NCBI GenBank assembly: GCA_964016885.1
Contig: OZ024757.1
Location: 39,308,001-39,372,000 of the forward strand
Reading direction: 5' to 3'
DNA from: Eledone cirrhosa
Lineage: Eukaryota
Length of the DNA stretch: 64,000 nt
Shown: in pieces, positions 12,580-26,115 of the stretch
How positions within the stretch are numbered: position 1 is the stretch's first letter
Layout of the letters: every line of letters starts with the position of its first letter
Notes under the pieces: generated by a model
What the model saw: only the letters and a program-made list of their open reading frames with translations
Told to the model about the DNA's origin: nothing
Database searches by the model: none
Program-made: the position numbers and the translations under genes

Positions 12580-13331
12580 GTGATACACCACACACATACT
12601 CCACATACACACATACTCCACACACATACACACATACTCCACACACATACACACATACTCCACATACTCACATACTCCACACACATACACACATACTCCA
12701 CACACATACACACATACTCCGCATACACACACTCCACACACATACACACATACTCCACATACTCCACACACATACACCACATACACACACTCCACACATA
12801 CACACATACTCCACATACACACACGCCACACACTCCATACACACATACTCCACATACACACATACTCCACACATACTCCACACACTCCACACACATACAC
12901 ACATACTCCACATACACACACTCCACTGACATATTCCACACATACATACTCCACACACACATACTCCACATACACACACTCCACACACATATTCCACACA
13001 CATATTCCACACAACATATTCCACACGCACATACACCACATTCACACACTCCACACACATATTCCACACATGCACACATTTCAAACTCACACGACACATC
13101 ATGCATACACCACACAAACTGCACATATACGTCATACACACACCACACACCACACACTTCGCAAATACACACACACTTCGCATACTTACACACACACAGT
13201 ACGCGCACACACACACACACACCACACAAACTCCACATATACGTCATACACACACCACACACAAACACGTACCACACACACACTTACACTTCACATACAA
13301 TACAATACACACACTCCCCATACACACTCCC

Positions 13332-13398
<67 letters not shown>

Positions 13399-13410
13399 TC
13401 ACACCACACA
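12580..13410. repeat. Complex CA-rich simple repeat (cacacatactc variants)
   Basis: Direct reading. Confidence 0.9.
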
Positions 13411-13540
13411 CATCGTTTTCGTCACGGTTTAACATCCATTTTTGCATGCTTATTTTTTTAAAGAAAATCCCTTCTGGAAGCTTCATCGTAATGCAAGTGA
13501 CATGACCAGAATTGGCGATGATCTTGCAAATATTCTCAAA

Positions 13541-13720
13541 TAATTGTTTCTACTTTTGGCACAAGGCCAGTAATTAACCAGTGTATTACTGGTACTTTAT
13601 TTTATCGACCCCGTAAGGATGAAAGGCAAAGTTAACCTCGGCGGGATTTGAACTTAGAAAGGCAAGGGCCGTAACTCTATGCGTCAAAGCATGGCGTCCG
13701 ACCCTCTACCGATACCAGTC
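13541..13720 (-). mobile_element. SINE family 1 copy (antisense)
   Basis: Reverse complement of the 5106-5280 family. Confidence 0.85.
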
Positions 13721-13875
13721 AGTTGTTTGCAGTTGTAGTGGGAATGTAATTCTGTGGTGGTTTAGAAGACAAAATTCACAGTTTTCGTCTTAAATTTGGT
13801 TTTTATTTTCATTTTATTTCATCAAATTCAGAAGTTCTATTTAATTGGATGAATTATTCAGATCGTAGAAATGTT

Positions 13876-13931
<56 letters not shown>

Positions 13932-13935
<4 letters not shown>

Positions 13936-14505
13936 GTAACATGTATTCCAGTACAACCTGTCCCATGGTCGCGTCGTTGCCGACTAAACTGGCAACCTCA
14001 CCAAGGTTTCTTGGTGAGGAGGGTGACTTTGGACATCCTGCAGGACTAAAAACAAAACCTGTCAAAGGGCAAAGAGGCTTTTAAGAGTCAATGGCCATCC
14101 AAAATCACCGGGAGAGATGACCCCTTAGCCTTTGTCAAGGCAGAATTCTAGGAGAAGGAAAACTCTGATATAACACCTGCAACCCTGATGGTATTCAATG
14201 ATGTTGACTTGTTCTTCTTTTTGGTAAATATCATCTTGGTTAAGAGAGTGGGACTGGCTTTGTGCAGTGCCTTTGCTCACTATAAAAGCTTCACGGCACA
14301 GGCATTGCTTTATATCTGGAGATCTCCCTTTACTTGTCGTCACATGGTACCATGGGCCCAGCACTATGTGTCAATAATTGTCACAAGCGTAGTGTTTGTA
14401 CCAGAGTTTTCAAGTCAATGGCTGGACTAAAAAGTCACACTCGTAGGGGTTCTCCCACATGGATATGAAGTAGTGGCCGTACTCGAAAACGAGTTGGCAG
14501 CCACT
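13932..14505 (+). mobile_element. Non-autonomous RTE-LINE-derived element; inverted highly similar copy at 32940-33515
   Basis: About 570 bp of near-identity to the reverse complement of 32940-33515. The 3' part encodes a C2H2-like CSVCTRVFKSLAGLKSHTRSEH (intact in the other copy), typical of RTE ORF ends. Confidence 0.75.
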
Positions 14506-15138
14506 CTATATATATATATATATATATATATATTCAGGTCTGAAGGTTCACCACTGGATAGAGCTGGTCAATTCCGTTGGGTCAATCTTAATGTAATAAT
14601 ATGGAGAGTAGTCAACGTAAAGCAGTTCAACCGTCTTCGTTTTTGTAGTTGGTGGTGCGAGTACGGAGTTAAATATTATAATAAAATAACAGGAGGCTGG
14701 ACGTGCAATTGTTCTCCACGCCCCACATATGACGTATTATCTTCGTTTTTTTCGTTCATTGCTAGAGAACGTCTCTCTGCACCAGCAAAGAGAACATTAG
14801 TCTACGACCTCTTTTATACCATAAACGTGGTTCTGTCTTTGCGCGTAATTGTTTTTCACCGCTCCTATTAATGACGTATATATTCGTTTTTTCCCGTTCT
14901 TTGTCAGGGAACGTTTCCACGAACCAAAGTATCGTCTTCCTGTCTTCCTCCGGTTGGAACGTTTTTTGAAATATCCACTTCTGCGTTTACAGATTGTCTT
15001 TGTTAGTTTCAGAAGATCCCGTTAAGGGTGAAAGCAGCGATTCTTTGCTTAAACTTTAATCTGTTATTTTAATAAATATATATATATAATATATATAATA
15101 TATATATATAATATATATATATAATATATATATATAAT

Positions 15139-15176
<38 letters not shown>

Positions 15177-16447
15177 ATACACATTTGTGTAGTTGTTTGT
15201 TTGTACGCACATATAGTGTGTATTCGTGTGAATATCTAACAGACAAATGTAAAAGAAAAATTTTTTTAAAAACTATTTTCATTTGAATTATTTTATTGCA
15301 TATTATATATTTCGTCTATCTCTATTTAATTATCAAGTTTATTCTAGTAAATAGATCATATGACATTGCTTCTACCATCTAAAATAAAAAGGCAGTGATA
15401 GTGTTAGATGAAATTACCAACGCTATTATTTTTTTCTCTTCAATTTGGCCAACAACAAGTTTCGTGCATTCTATTGTTTAAATTCTCGTCGTCTTCGCTT
15501 TAATTTTCTTCTTCTTTTGTACGTTCTTTCGTTTGCTGTCGAATATTTCTTTGTTGTTGTTTGTTTTTCACATTTTCTCTTTCTCTTTTTCAAGGATGTT
15601 ATTAACCTGTAATTATAAATTATTCCTGAGCAGAACGCTGTTTATCTTTCTTAGTTTTTATTTATAATTGTTATTGTTTATGTTTCGTTTATTTCTTCAA
15701 TGATTTTTTTTGTTTGTTTGTTTTTTTTTTGTCTTTTCTCCGAGAAACATCGACAGCATTGATGTACTAATTGCTAACCAAGCGTAGTTAAGAATCAAAT
15801 TTTAATTATACTAACGCCGTTATCAGAATTATTATCAGTAATATTACCATTATTATTATCATAATTATTATTAGTAGTAGTAGTAGTAGTTTTATTATTA
15901 TTAACAACAACATCGTCGTCAGTAGTAGTAGTAGCAGCAGTAACAGTATGAATTTGCGTGAATTCTCATATGAATAGAAATTTCTCAATATGGAAGTTAA
16001 AGAAATGTTGTGTTTGTTTGTTAGTTAATTCTTGTCAATTTTCTTATTTTGATTATTTTAATTAAATTTTTCTCGGTTTACATCACGTCTGGAGAAATGC
16101 TGAAAATATTATTATATTATATTATATGATATTTTCTACTACCAATATGCCAATTAACGTGTATCTTTTTTTATTATTAATTTTTCTATGCATCATCTCG
16201 CCCAAAATACACGTATATCCGCCAATTCCTTTGTTTAAATTTGATCAAAACCTGATTAGCAATCAGTCTAGTGAATACAATTGTAACTAATAGTGAAATT
16301 CAATTTGTCAGTATTCTAATATTTAATTTTAATCCACAACTATTTGTTTTATTATTATTATTATTTAGTATATATATATATATGTGTGTGTATGTATGTG
16401 TATGTATGTATTTATATATATATTTATGGGTATATGTGTCTATGTAC

Positions 16448-16480
<33 letters not shown>

Positions 16481-16556
16481 GATTGTATATATATATACAT
16501 ACATATATACAAACACACACACACACATACATATATACAAACACACACATATACAT

Positions 16557-16612
<56 letters not shown>

Positions 16613-17191
16613 GTATGCTGTTCATTAGTATTTTATCAATTTTTCAACTTCTGTGGTAGATCTTTGTAAAGATCATGCATGCAGCTTATTTTCATACTTG
16701 TGGAGACGTATTTCAGATCAAAATACTTTAATGCAAAGTAGCGAATCCCGACGTGCATATTAATTTAAAAGCGTGTCTGTAAAGTACGTTTTGTTTTTAG
16801 AAAATACAATTAGTGCTAAAGCTATCATGGTGTCGGCGACAAAGGTGGTAGAGATAATATCAGATCATACGAATGTTAATTATTTAATTATCTTCTTCTG
16901 ATTATAGTTTCAAATCCTCTACCCAATTTTTCTCTGCATTCTAATAGAATGGATACGCATGTATCAAAATAATTCGGGGTGAATAACAATGATGTATTAA
17001 TATATTCATTATGGTTAGAGAAGAGTACTCGGCTGCAATTCTAGAGAAACAGAGTTCGATTCTCTACAGGGATTTCCATCATTTATCGGATTATTTTATA
17101 GTGATAAAATCTTGATACAGATACTTTCTGCTTTTGGCATCACTAGATTTTCTAAAGGAATTCCAAATCAACCAGAGCTTTCAGAGCTTGG

Positions 17192-17237
<46 letters not shown>

Positions 17238-17323
17238 ATAGAGAGAAATATGTCTACGTATTTCTGCCTGTATTAACATTGCATATGGTTTGTCAGTATG
17301 TATCAAATATGAAAGAAATTATT

Positions 17324-17371
<48 letters not shown>

Positions 17372-17427
17372 CTACCTTTGAGTTTCGGGGTTAGCCAAAG
17401 TTTCATTGAAAAGAAATCATTCGGATA

Positions 17428-17480
17428 GCTCTCCTGATGATTTCTTTTGAATGAGACGCATTTAGTCCTGTAGAACCTAT
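17428..17480 (+). ncRNA. Degenerate copy of hammerhead-like family A
   Basis: ctctc CTGATGA tttc-tttt-gaat GAGA cgcatttagtcctg TA gaacc. The GAAA element is mutated. Confidence 0.45.
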
Positions 17481-17569
17481 TTCAATATTAACCTTTATAC
17501 ATACATATATATGTCGGACCGAGGAAACAATGTTTCCATTGGTCTTTTCAATTACTAATACAGTCTATT

Positions 17570-17680
17570 GAGCAACGTGAAATAAAGTGCCTTGCTCAAG
17601 GACATAACATATCGCCGGTTCCGGGAATCGAACTCACAACCTCACGATTGCGAATTCTCTAACCAATCAGCCCTGCGCCG
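17570..17680 (-). mobile_element. SINE family 2 head (antisense); a further diverged copy lies at 39940-40055
   Basis: Minus strand has B-box gagttcgattccc followed by gtccttgagcaaggcactttatttcacgttgctc. Confidence 0.65.
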
Positions 17681-17865
17681 TCATATATCTATATCCTTAT
17701 CGAGCCCTCTTCGTATTTTAGTCTTCACATTTATTATTATTACTAATATATATATATATATATATATATATGTATAATATATATATATAATATATATATA
17801 CATGTCGATATTCATTACAGTTTCTCTGTATCAAATTTAATTCATTAGGCATTATTTAAGAGAAG

Positions 17866-18049
17866 GGCGGTGGATTGGCAGTATCGGTTGAGGGTCGGAC
17901 GCCATGCTTTCAAGCATAGTTACGTCCCTTTACGATCTGAGTTCAAATCCCGCCGAGGATGACTTTGCCTTTCATCCTTACGGGGTGGATAAAATAAAGT
18001 ACCAGTAATGCACTGGGTAATTGCTGGCCTTGTGCCTAAAGTAGAAACA
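17866..18049 (+). mobile_element. Full-length SINE family 1 copy with 15-bp target-site duplication
   Basis: attatttaagagaag occurs at 17851-17865 and 18050-18064; A and B boxes present. Confidence 0.92.
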
Positions 18050-18438
18050 ATTATTTAAGAGAAGTCCAGCTTTTTTGTATAAAATCAGTTTGACTTCATT
18101 GATTGTGAAGAAAATTCCTTAATTATGGAGCCATACGTGAATCTAAACTTTCGCCGAATATCAGCGATTTGGACCGTCTGGCGACATACTTCATACCAAG
18201 CTTACATCTTTCTAGATTAGGAAATTTAAAAGTTGTGGATTTCATGATTTTGCAAAGTATATTCAGCTATGTAAATGAAGTGAATTATATTCGGTCTTGA
18301 CACTAAATAAGCCCTCGTAGATTATTGATCACTTGTAAATATCTTCTTACTTTAACGGAACTCACTACAGATTTAATTAATAAGAAATGCTTGCATAAGA
18401 GATCTTATATTAATGTGTATGTAGGTGTGCGCACACAC

Positions 18439-18496
<58 letters not shown>

Positions 18497-18577
18497 TGGG
18501 TGGCCATCCAAGAGATGCATAAACATTATTATTAGAATGTTGTTTAAGTGTGTAAACATTTTGCGGGGAAACGCTAT
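18497..18577. mobile_element. Tiny Tc1/mariner-type MITE, degenerate copy
   Basis: Similar to the reverse complement of 19561-19637 (attagaat..tgtt.aagtgtgta.acat). Confidence 0.45.
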
Positions 18578-18732
18578 ATATGTATATATTTATATATATA
18601 TATATATTTATTTATATATACCTGTGTGTATATATATATATATATGTGTGTATATATATGTGTGTATATATATATGTGTATGTGTATATATGTGTATGTA
18701 TATATATGTGTATGTATATATACGTCTATATA

Positions 18733-18764
<32 letters not shown>

Positions 18765-18797
18765 CATAATGTATATATATATATGTATGTATGTGTA

Positions 18798-18833
<36 letters not shown>

Positions 18834-19345
18834 TGTATGTATGTATGTATATATGTGTGTATGTATGTGTGTATATATGTATGTATGTATATATGTATGT
18901 ATGTGTGTATATATGCGTGTATATATGTATGTATGTGTATGTATATATATGTATGTATATATATGTGTATGTATGTATATATATGTATATATATGTGTAT
19001 GTATATATATGTATGTATATATATGTATATGTATGTATATGTATATGTATATGTATGTGTATATAAATATGTATGCATGTGTGTATATATATATGTGTAT
19101 ATATATGTATATAAATGTATGTATGTATGTATGTATGTAGGTATGTATGTATGTATGTAGGTATGTGTGTATGTATATATGTATATGTAGGTATGTGTGT
19201 ATGTATATATATATATGTATATGTATGTATGTAGGTATGTATATATATATATATATGTATGTAGGTATGTGTATATGTGTATGTATATGTATGTATGTAT
19301 GTATGTAGGTATGTGTATATATATATGTATGTGTATGTATGTATG

Positions 19346-19380
<35 letters not shown>

Positions 19381-19560
19381 ATGTATATATACACACTCAC
19401 AATTGTATATACATTCAGATATATTTATCAATGACATGTTGATGCATATAAAAATATTTTTTACATACATTCTAATCTCACTCTCCCACCCCTTCTCTCT
19501 CCTCCTTCTCTTCCCTCATCTATCTTTTTCCATATATATATATATATACATATATATATG

Positions 19561-19637
19561 TAACGTGTCTCCAAAATATGTATACACACTTCAACAGTAT
19601 TCTAATGTATGTATACATTTTGGGGGGACACCCTGTA
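19561..19637. mobile_element. Tiny (~80 bp) Tc1/mariner-type MITE
   Basis: Right TIR gtatacattttggggggacaccctg followed by TA. Left TIR degenerate (cgtgtctccaaaatatgtatac). Confidence 0.55.
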
Positions 19638-20738
19638 TATAGCCACAATCACTTTGACAAAACCTCTTTTGAGTCTATCGATTCCGACATCTATAAATCT
19701 TAGCTTATAGATGAAATGTCCCTCTCTCAATGTTTAGTGAACATCATCTAGATTATCATTGCTATAGACGCTAAACTCTTTTGAAATATAGAAGGCACGT
19801 AGTGGATTATGTGATGTCTTTAGGCGTACAATTGATTATAATGAATTATTTGCATTCCACAGTTTGAAAACTTTTTGAAATACGATCGTGTATACAGACT
19901 ACATTCATTAGTAGTAACTCACCTCTAACGAAGACATATGTATATATGCGTATATATTTATACATATATACAGTTATAAATTAATAAAATCAATGAAATA
20001 AACACAAAGAACAAGTTCTTTATATTAAAAAATTCATCATTTTACGATCGTTTCTGGGATGTATATGTGTGTTGGTATGTATATCATATAGATCTATGTA
20101 AAAATATTACAAATTAGATATTGTTATATAAAATATATATAATAAATATATAAAAATATTACAAATTATAAATAGTTATATACAGTTATATATACGTATA
20201 TCTATATATATGGGTGTGTGTGTTTGTGTGTGCTTATATGATTATGTTTGTATGTGTTTATATGCTTGTGTGTCTTGTATCCATACATTTGTATGTAACT
20301 GATATATATATATATATATATATATCCATACACAAGTATCTCTGTGTTAACGTGGGTGTGTGAAACTTTCGTACGTATGTACTTGTATAAACCTACTTAT
20401 CTGCATATGTGACTGTAAGAATATGTGTACGTATATATTTATTACATTATATTATATATGTAAAATGCATTTGCATACGTACATTTATATATATATATAT
20501 ATATATATGTGTGTATATAATTTACCATTGAATGTATATATGAGCGTTTAAGCATATTTATATACACGTGCATATACATACGACAAAACGTGCCGTGCCA
20601 AGTAATAATAGAATTGTATGATTTGTAAGACTTCTGATATGGGATGAATTTAATGAAATTCCTAAACAAATGCAATATTAACGTAAGTTTAAATTGCAGA
20701 CTTTGTAAATCCTACAGTGTTCTAACAGCACTACTTGC

Positions 20739-20774
<36 letters not shown>

Positions 20775-20786
20775 TTAATATAGATG

Positions 20787-20837
20787 AGATTCTACAGGAC
20801 TAGAACTGTTTCATTCTTTAGAAATCATCAGGAATCT
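20787..20837 (-). ncRNA. Type I hammerhead-ribozyme-like motif, best copy of family A
   Basis: Minus strand: AGATTC CTGATGA t-ttc-taaa-gaa-t GAAA cag-ttctagtc-ctg TA^ GAATCT. Perfect 6-bp helix I, intact core, 4-bp helix III and GUA cleavage triplet; atypical U-U at the base of helix II. Confidence 0.65.
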
Positions 20838-20958
20838 GGGTATCAAAAAATAAATATGGTATTTATAGGTCTCTTCAGGTGGTAGGAGAGGGTAGGGAGT
20901 GGGATGGGTGTAGGTCATTGGTCGATAGAAAAGGGAATTAAAAGCTAATTCTTCAAAG

Positions 20959-20988
<30 letters not shown>

Positions 20989-20991
<3 letters not shown>

Positions 20992-21151
20992 AACGAGTAG
21001 GACCCCGACGGCTGAGCTCAAGCCGTTTCGACGGCTAATTCTGGACTGAATTAGCCGTCGTTATTTATTTACTAGGCTAAAAATTCTTATTTTGTCCAGA
21101 ATTAGCCGTCGAAACAGCTTGAGCTCTGCCGTCGGGGTCATACTTGTTCCT
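20989..21151. mobile_element. Fold-back element with ~58-bp inverted arms inserted in (TA)n (GAGCTC-hairpin family)
   Basis: aggaacgagtaggaccccgacggctgagctcaagccgtttcgacggctaattctggac (20989-21046) pairs with 21094-21151. Confidence 0.8.
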
Positions 21152-21291
21152 ATATATATATATATATATATTGGTTAGGCCATTACTCAACCGAGAACAC
21201 GATACTTGGGGTAGAAGATTATGGTTTCATTATAATGTCTGGAGGGAACTGCTGGTGAAACTGCAAGAGCTCATCCGTCGGTCCCGACTCT

Positions 21292-21329
<38 letters not shown>

Positions 21330-21579
21330 GTATGTATGTGTTTATGATATATATGAGTGTGTGCTTGCGTTTGTATTTAACGTGTTTATATGTGTGTGTG
21401 TTTGTGTATGAATATATATACATGTGGGTGTGTATATTTACATGTATGTATACATTGTTTGTTTTTGTAAACGTATAATTGTAAGGATATGGATATATAT
21501 ATATATATATATTTGTTTATAGAAGCATGAACTTCCTTCTAATTATACATTTATTTATCTAGGTATATGTACACGCCCA

Positions 21580-21650
<71 letters not shown>

Positions 21651-21889
21651 TTACAAACTGATGTATATACACATATAGCCTTCTTTATTTAATGCCTTCT
21701 ATGCACCTAGGTGTAAATATATTGTATATTATGATCAGTATATAACCAGTAGTCTCATTGTTATTTGTGTATTTCATTTTTCGTAAATTTGTCTTAAATT
21801 TGTTTTTGTGTATTTGGATATTTATATATGTATATGTACCTCCTTTCGGTGTAGCTTTTTACTAAATAACCTTCCTTATTGAGGTATTG

Positions 21890-21928
<39 letters not shown>

Positions 21929-22311
21929 CCATCCAGTTTTCTACCACTATATATATATATATTAGAACAGTCGGCACCTACCCTTAAGTTTCCCTCCTAA
22001 CCTTAGTGTTCCTTCTCCTACCCATACCCTCACTAGATCCCAAATATATAGTATCTGTGTTGTTGATAATAAAACTCACTAACATTACAATTATTATTAT
22101 TATCTTTATTATTATTATAGTTATTGTTCGGCCCTTGTGGCCAATAAATGAAATCATTATTATAGTTATTGTAATATTTTTTATTATAATTATGTGACTG
22201 ATAAAAGAATGTTATTATTACAATTATATTTATTGTTAATTCTATTGTTTTGTTTATATACATATACTGTACTTGTCACAACTGCTTTATTTATTTATAT
22301 ATATATTTATA

Positions 22312-22553
22312 TATAAACGTTTGTATTTGTAAAGCCAAAATAATGCAGGTATGGATATAGAATATAAATTCTAATGCAAAAGATATTGTTGACAATTAGT
22401 ATTTTACCTTAAATTTATTTAAATATCCTTAATTAGGGATATTTAAATAAATTTAAGGTAAAAGACTAATTGTCAACAATATCTTTTGCATTTGAATTTA
22501 TATTCTATATCCATACCTGCATTGTTTTGGCTTTACAAATACAAACGTTTATA
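22312..22553. repeat. Near-perfect 242-bp palindrome (121-bp arms, about 4 mismatches, no spacer)
   Basis: tataaacgtttgtatttgtaaagcc... / ...ggctttacaaatacaaacgtttata, centre at 22432/22433. Confidence 0.95.
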
Positions 22554-22754
22554 CTCATTACACAATGCTTCAAGTGAACTATAACTTCCTTCATATATGT
22601 ATATATATTTATGCTCTTAAATTGTTTATTTTATACTACTGGGATCTCCCTTCTCTACACCCTGCTCTTTATTGTGTGTGTAATTTGCTCTGCACTCTGT
22701 GTACGAAACTATAATTTATATTGTTAAGTGTCTTCTCTCCTTGTCATATTTCAG

Positions 22755-22781
22755 GAACCATTGAAAGTGACCACGCTCTTG
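22755..22781 (+). CDS. GRIK2-like: 27-nt microexon EPLKVTTLL, an alternative version of the first S1 beta-strand of the glutamate receptor
   Basis: Pyrimidine tract and acceptor tcttctctccttgtcatatttcag|, donor |gtacgt, phase 0/0. The peptide mirrors KTMVVTTIL at the end of exon 6942-7043 and ends at the same residue position. Confidence 0.7.
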
Positions 22782-22899
22782 GTACGTTATCAGCTCGTGG
22801 TGTGTGATGTTTCAGTTGTATTACAGTTGATCTTATATTATCTTATATTCTATTCTATTACCATATAATTGCCTATATATGCAAAGAGGTATATATACC

Positions 22900-22923
22900 T
22901 GTATGTATATGAATATATATACT

Positions 22924-22960
<37 letters not shown>

Positions 22961-23945
22961 TTATATATATACTTATATATATATATTTATTTATATATAA
23001 TATATATATATATATATACTTATATATATATATTTATTTATATATAATATATATATATATATATACTTATATATATATATTTATTTATATATAATATATA
23101 TATATATATATACTTATATATATATATTTATTTATATATAATATATATATATATATATACTTATATATATATATTTATTTATATATAATATATATATATA
23201 CTTATATATATACTTATATATATATATTTATTTATATATAATATATATATACTTATATATATATACTTATATATATATTTATTTATATATAATATATATA
23301 TATACTTATATATATATACTTATATATATACTTATATATATATATATTTATGTATATATATATATATATATATATACTTATATATATATATTTATGTATA
23401 TATATATATATATATATATATACTTATATATATATATTTATGTATATATATATATATATATATACTTATATATATATATTTATGTATATATAATGTATAT
23501 ATATATATTTATGTATATATAATGTATATATATATATTTATGTATATATATATATATATATATACTTATATATATATATTTATGTATATATAATGTATAT
23601 ATATATACTTATATATATATATTTATGTATATATATATATACTTATATATATATATATATATTTATTTATATATAATATATATACTTATATATATATTTA
23701 TATATAATATATATGCTTATATATATTTACATATATGTATATATATATTTATTTATATATAATATATATGTATATATATATTTATTTATATATAATATAT
23801 ATGTATATATATATTTATTTATATATAATATATATGTATATATATATTTATTTATATATAATATATATGTTTATATATATTTACATATATGCATATATAT
23901 ATAAATATTATATATATTATATATACTATATATAATATATATGCA
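22900..23945. repeat. Long degenerate (TA)n/TATACTTA microsatellite
   Basis: Direct reading. Confidence 0.95.
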
Positions 23946-24577
23946 TATACAAATACATACACATATGTACATATGCGTATACATATATCGTATGTTTCGG
24001 TTATCTTCTTAAAAGAATAGTTATAACTTCTACAGCTATTTCCTAAACTGAACTCTAAAATGAGATATTTCTGTGAAGAAATGAGGTTCATTCTTAATAT
24101 TTTTGTCATTATCATTATAATTATTATTATTGTTATTATTATTGTTATTATTATTGATATTATAATTACTAATGGTAGAAACGCTAGTGCATCTGACAAA
24201 ACACGTTCTCGTATTTACCCTGACTCTTTCCGTTCTGAGTTCAAATTCCTTTGACGTAAACACTACCGTTACCATTTTTAGGGTGACAGAATTAGGTACC
24301 AGCTACGTATTGGGTCGTATTGTAGTTGAATACAAGCTTGCGCTTGAATTTCGGCTCTTGGCTTACGTAGGGGATCAATATTAGATTCACTTACTTTTTC
24401 AGTTGATTATATAATATTTGCTGCAATATATATATATAGACACACACACATATATATATATGTATATATATGTATATATATATGGTCTGCGAAACAAAAA
24501 CAGAAACATCAAAGCAAATCCTATCTTACAATGAAAATATATATTAGCATAACGCTTGATATAATAGGGAAAGCGGT

Positions 24578-24612
24578 TTAACGTTTCGGACACTAACTTC
24601 TTCATCAGATTT
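24578..24612 (-). ncRNA. Minimal hammerhead-like core of the type found in Penelope-like element terminal repeats
   Basis: Minus strand CTGATGA agaagttagtgtcc GAAACGTT, with palindromic AACGTT in place of helix III; helices I and II are weak. Confidence 0.35.
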
Positions 24613-24704
24613 TAGAATGAAAATAAAAGCTGAAATAGAAATATGGGTAGAAATGGACAATTTGGGGGAAAGAAAAATTCCATATGTGTATAGGCAGACA
24701 TTTT

Positions 24705-24758
<54 letters not shown>

Positions 24759-25514
24759 TAGTACTTAATCGTTTCAGTTGTAAAGCCAATATCATAAGAA
24801 TTATAATGATGATTAATAATTATAATAATGATAATAATAGTAATACGAAAAATAATAATAACAAAAAGAATGACAGTAATAACACTAATCGTTGTATTAA
24901 GAATTCTATATACTAATATCTGAAATCTTAAAACATTTTCTAAAAGAATGAGAGGTCTAGAATATAAAGACGGTATTAAATATTTATATCACTTAAAGAA
25001 TTCTTTAAAACTTCAATATAAATGTTATAATTTAAAACGATAATATATGTAGGGAAAATTGAAATGCTATAAACAATGCCTAACATCAATAGATATCATA
25101 TAAAGTAATTGAATAAATTATAAAATAATATAAAATAAAAAGAGAAATGTTAGGAATGAATCTCTCATAAAAAAAAATAAACTTTTAAAATAATTTTATA
25201 AAATCATAAAACGATGAATTATTTTTAGTTTGCAATAAATTATTTCTTGTGAAATATCGTAAGTTAAGAGATTAAAACTTTCCAGTTAATATGTAAAATA
25301 TTCCTGAACATCGTACATTAGAAGCAATCAGTTGTTAATGTCAAATATGTGTTTTTAACCTGCTATATTTCTCTTCTTGCATAATTCAAACATGCTTAGA
25401 ACAGAAAGTAAATCGATATGTCATGCCGCTCCGGCATTATTGTAACCATGATTGTCAAAAGGAAAAATACTGTAAGAACTATATACATCTGAAACTAAGA
25501 ACTGTATCATTAAG

Positions 25515-25690
25515 CAGTGGAAACTTCTGCTGTCCTTGGCCTTAGGACCATAGACACGGAGTTGGCTACTCAATGGTGTAAGCCTCTCGAGTTGGAATGG
25601 CTCTTCCAATGCGTCTCCCTCACCATTCTCCGTGGAAACACCTGCTCTATTTTGTCCGCCGCGGCCGCGGGGTTCCCAGCGCGTGGGCTC
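25515..25690 (+). mobile_element. CRE-like RLE non-LTR retrotransposon 3' fragment
   Basis: AVETSAVLG...ELEWLFQCVSLTILRGNTCSILSA; homologous to 9810-10160. Confidence 0.75.
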
Positions 25691-25874
25691 CCATTTGCTT
25701 ATAATAGAACTGGAGGATAAGAAGATACTGATCAAAAGAAATCAACTTACATCTCAACAATGGATCTCTTGGATTTCGATTGAAATACCAAACAACAATG
25801 TCGCTCTACAAAGTTAATCGATTCCAAATTTGAAACTATTCTTAAAAAACAAATGTTATATGTATTCGTCAGTG

Positions 25875-25917
<43 letters not shown>

Positions 25918-25924
25918 CATAATA

Positions 25925-26115
25925 GGTGTGGCATGCTGGCAGTATCGGTAGAGGGTCGGACGACATGCTTTACAGCAAAGAGTTACGGCCCTTTATGGTC
26001 TGAGTTCAAATCCCACCGAGGTTAACTTAGCCTTTCATCCTTACGGGGTCAATAAAATAAAGTACCAGTAATACACTGGGTAATTGCTGGCCTTGTGCCA
26101 AAAGTCGAAACAGTT
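25925..26115 (+). mobile_element. SINE family 1 copy
   Basis: Same A/B boxes and core as 17866-18049. Confidence 0.85.
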
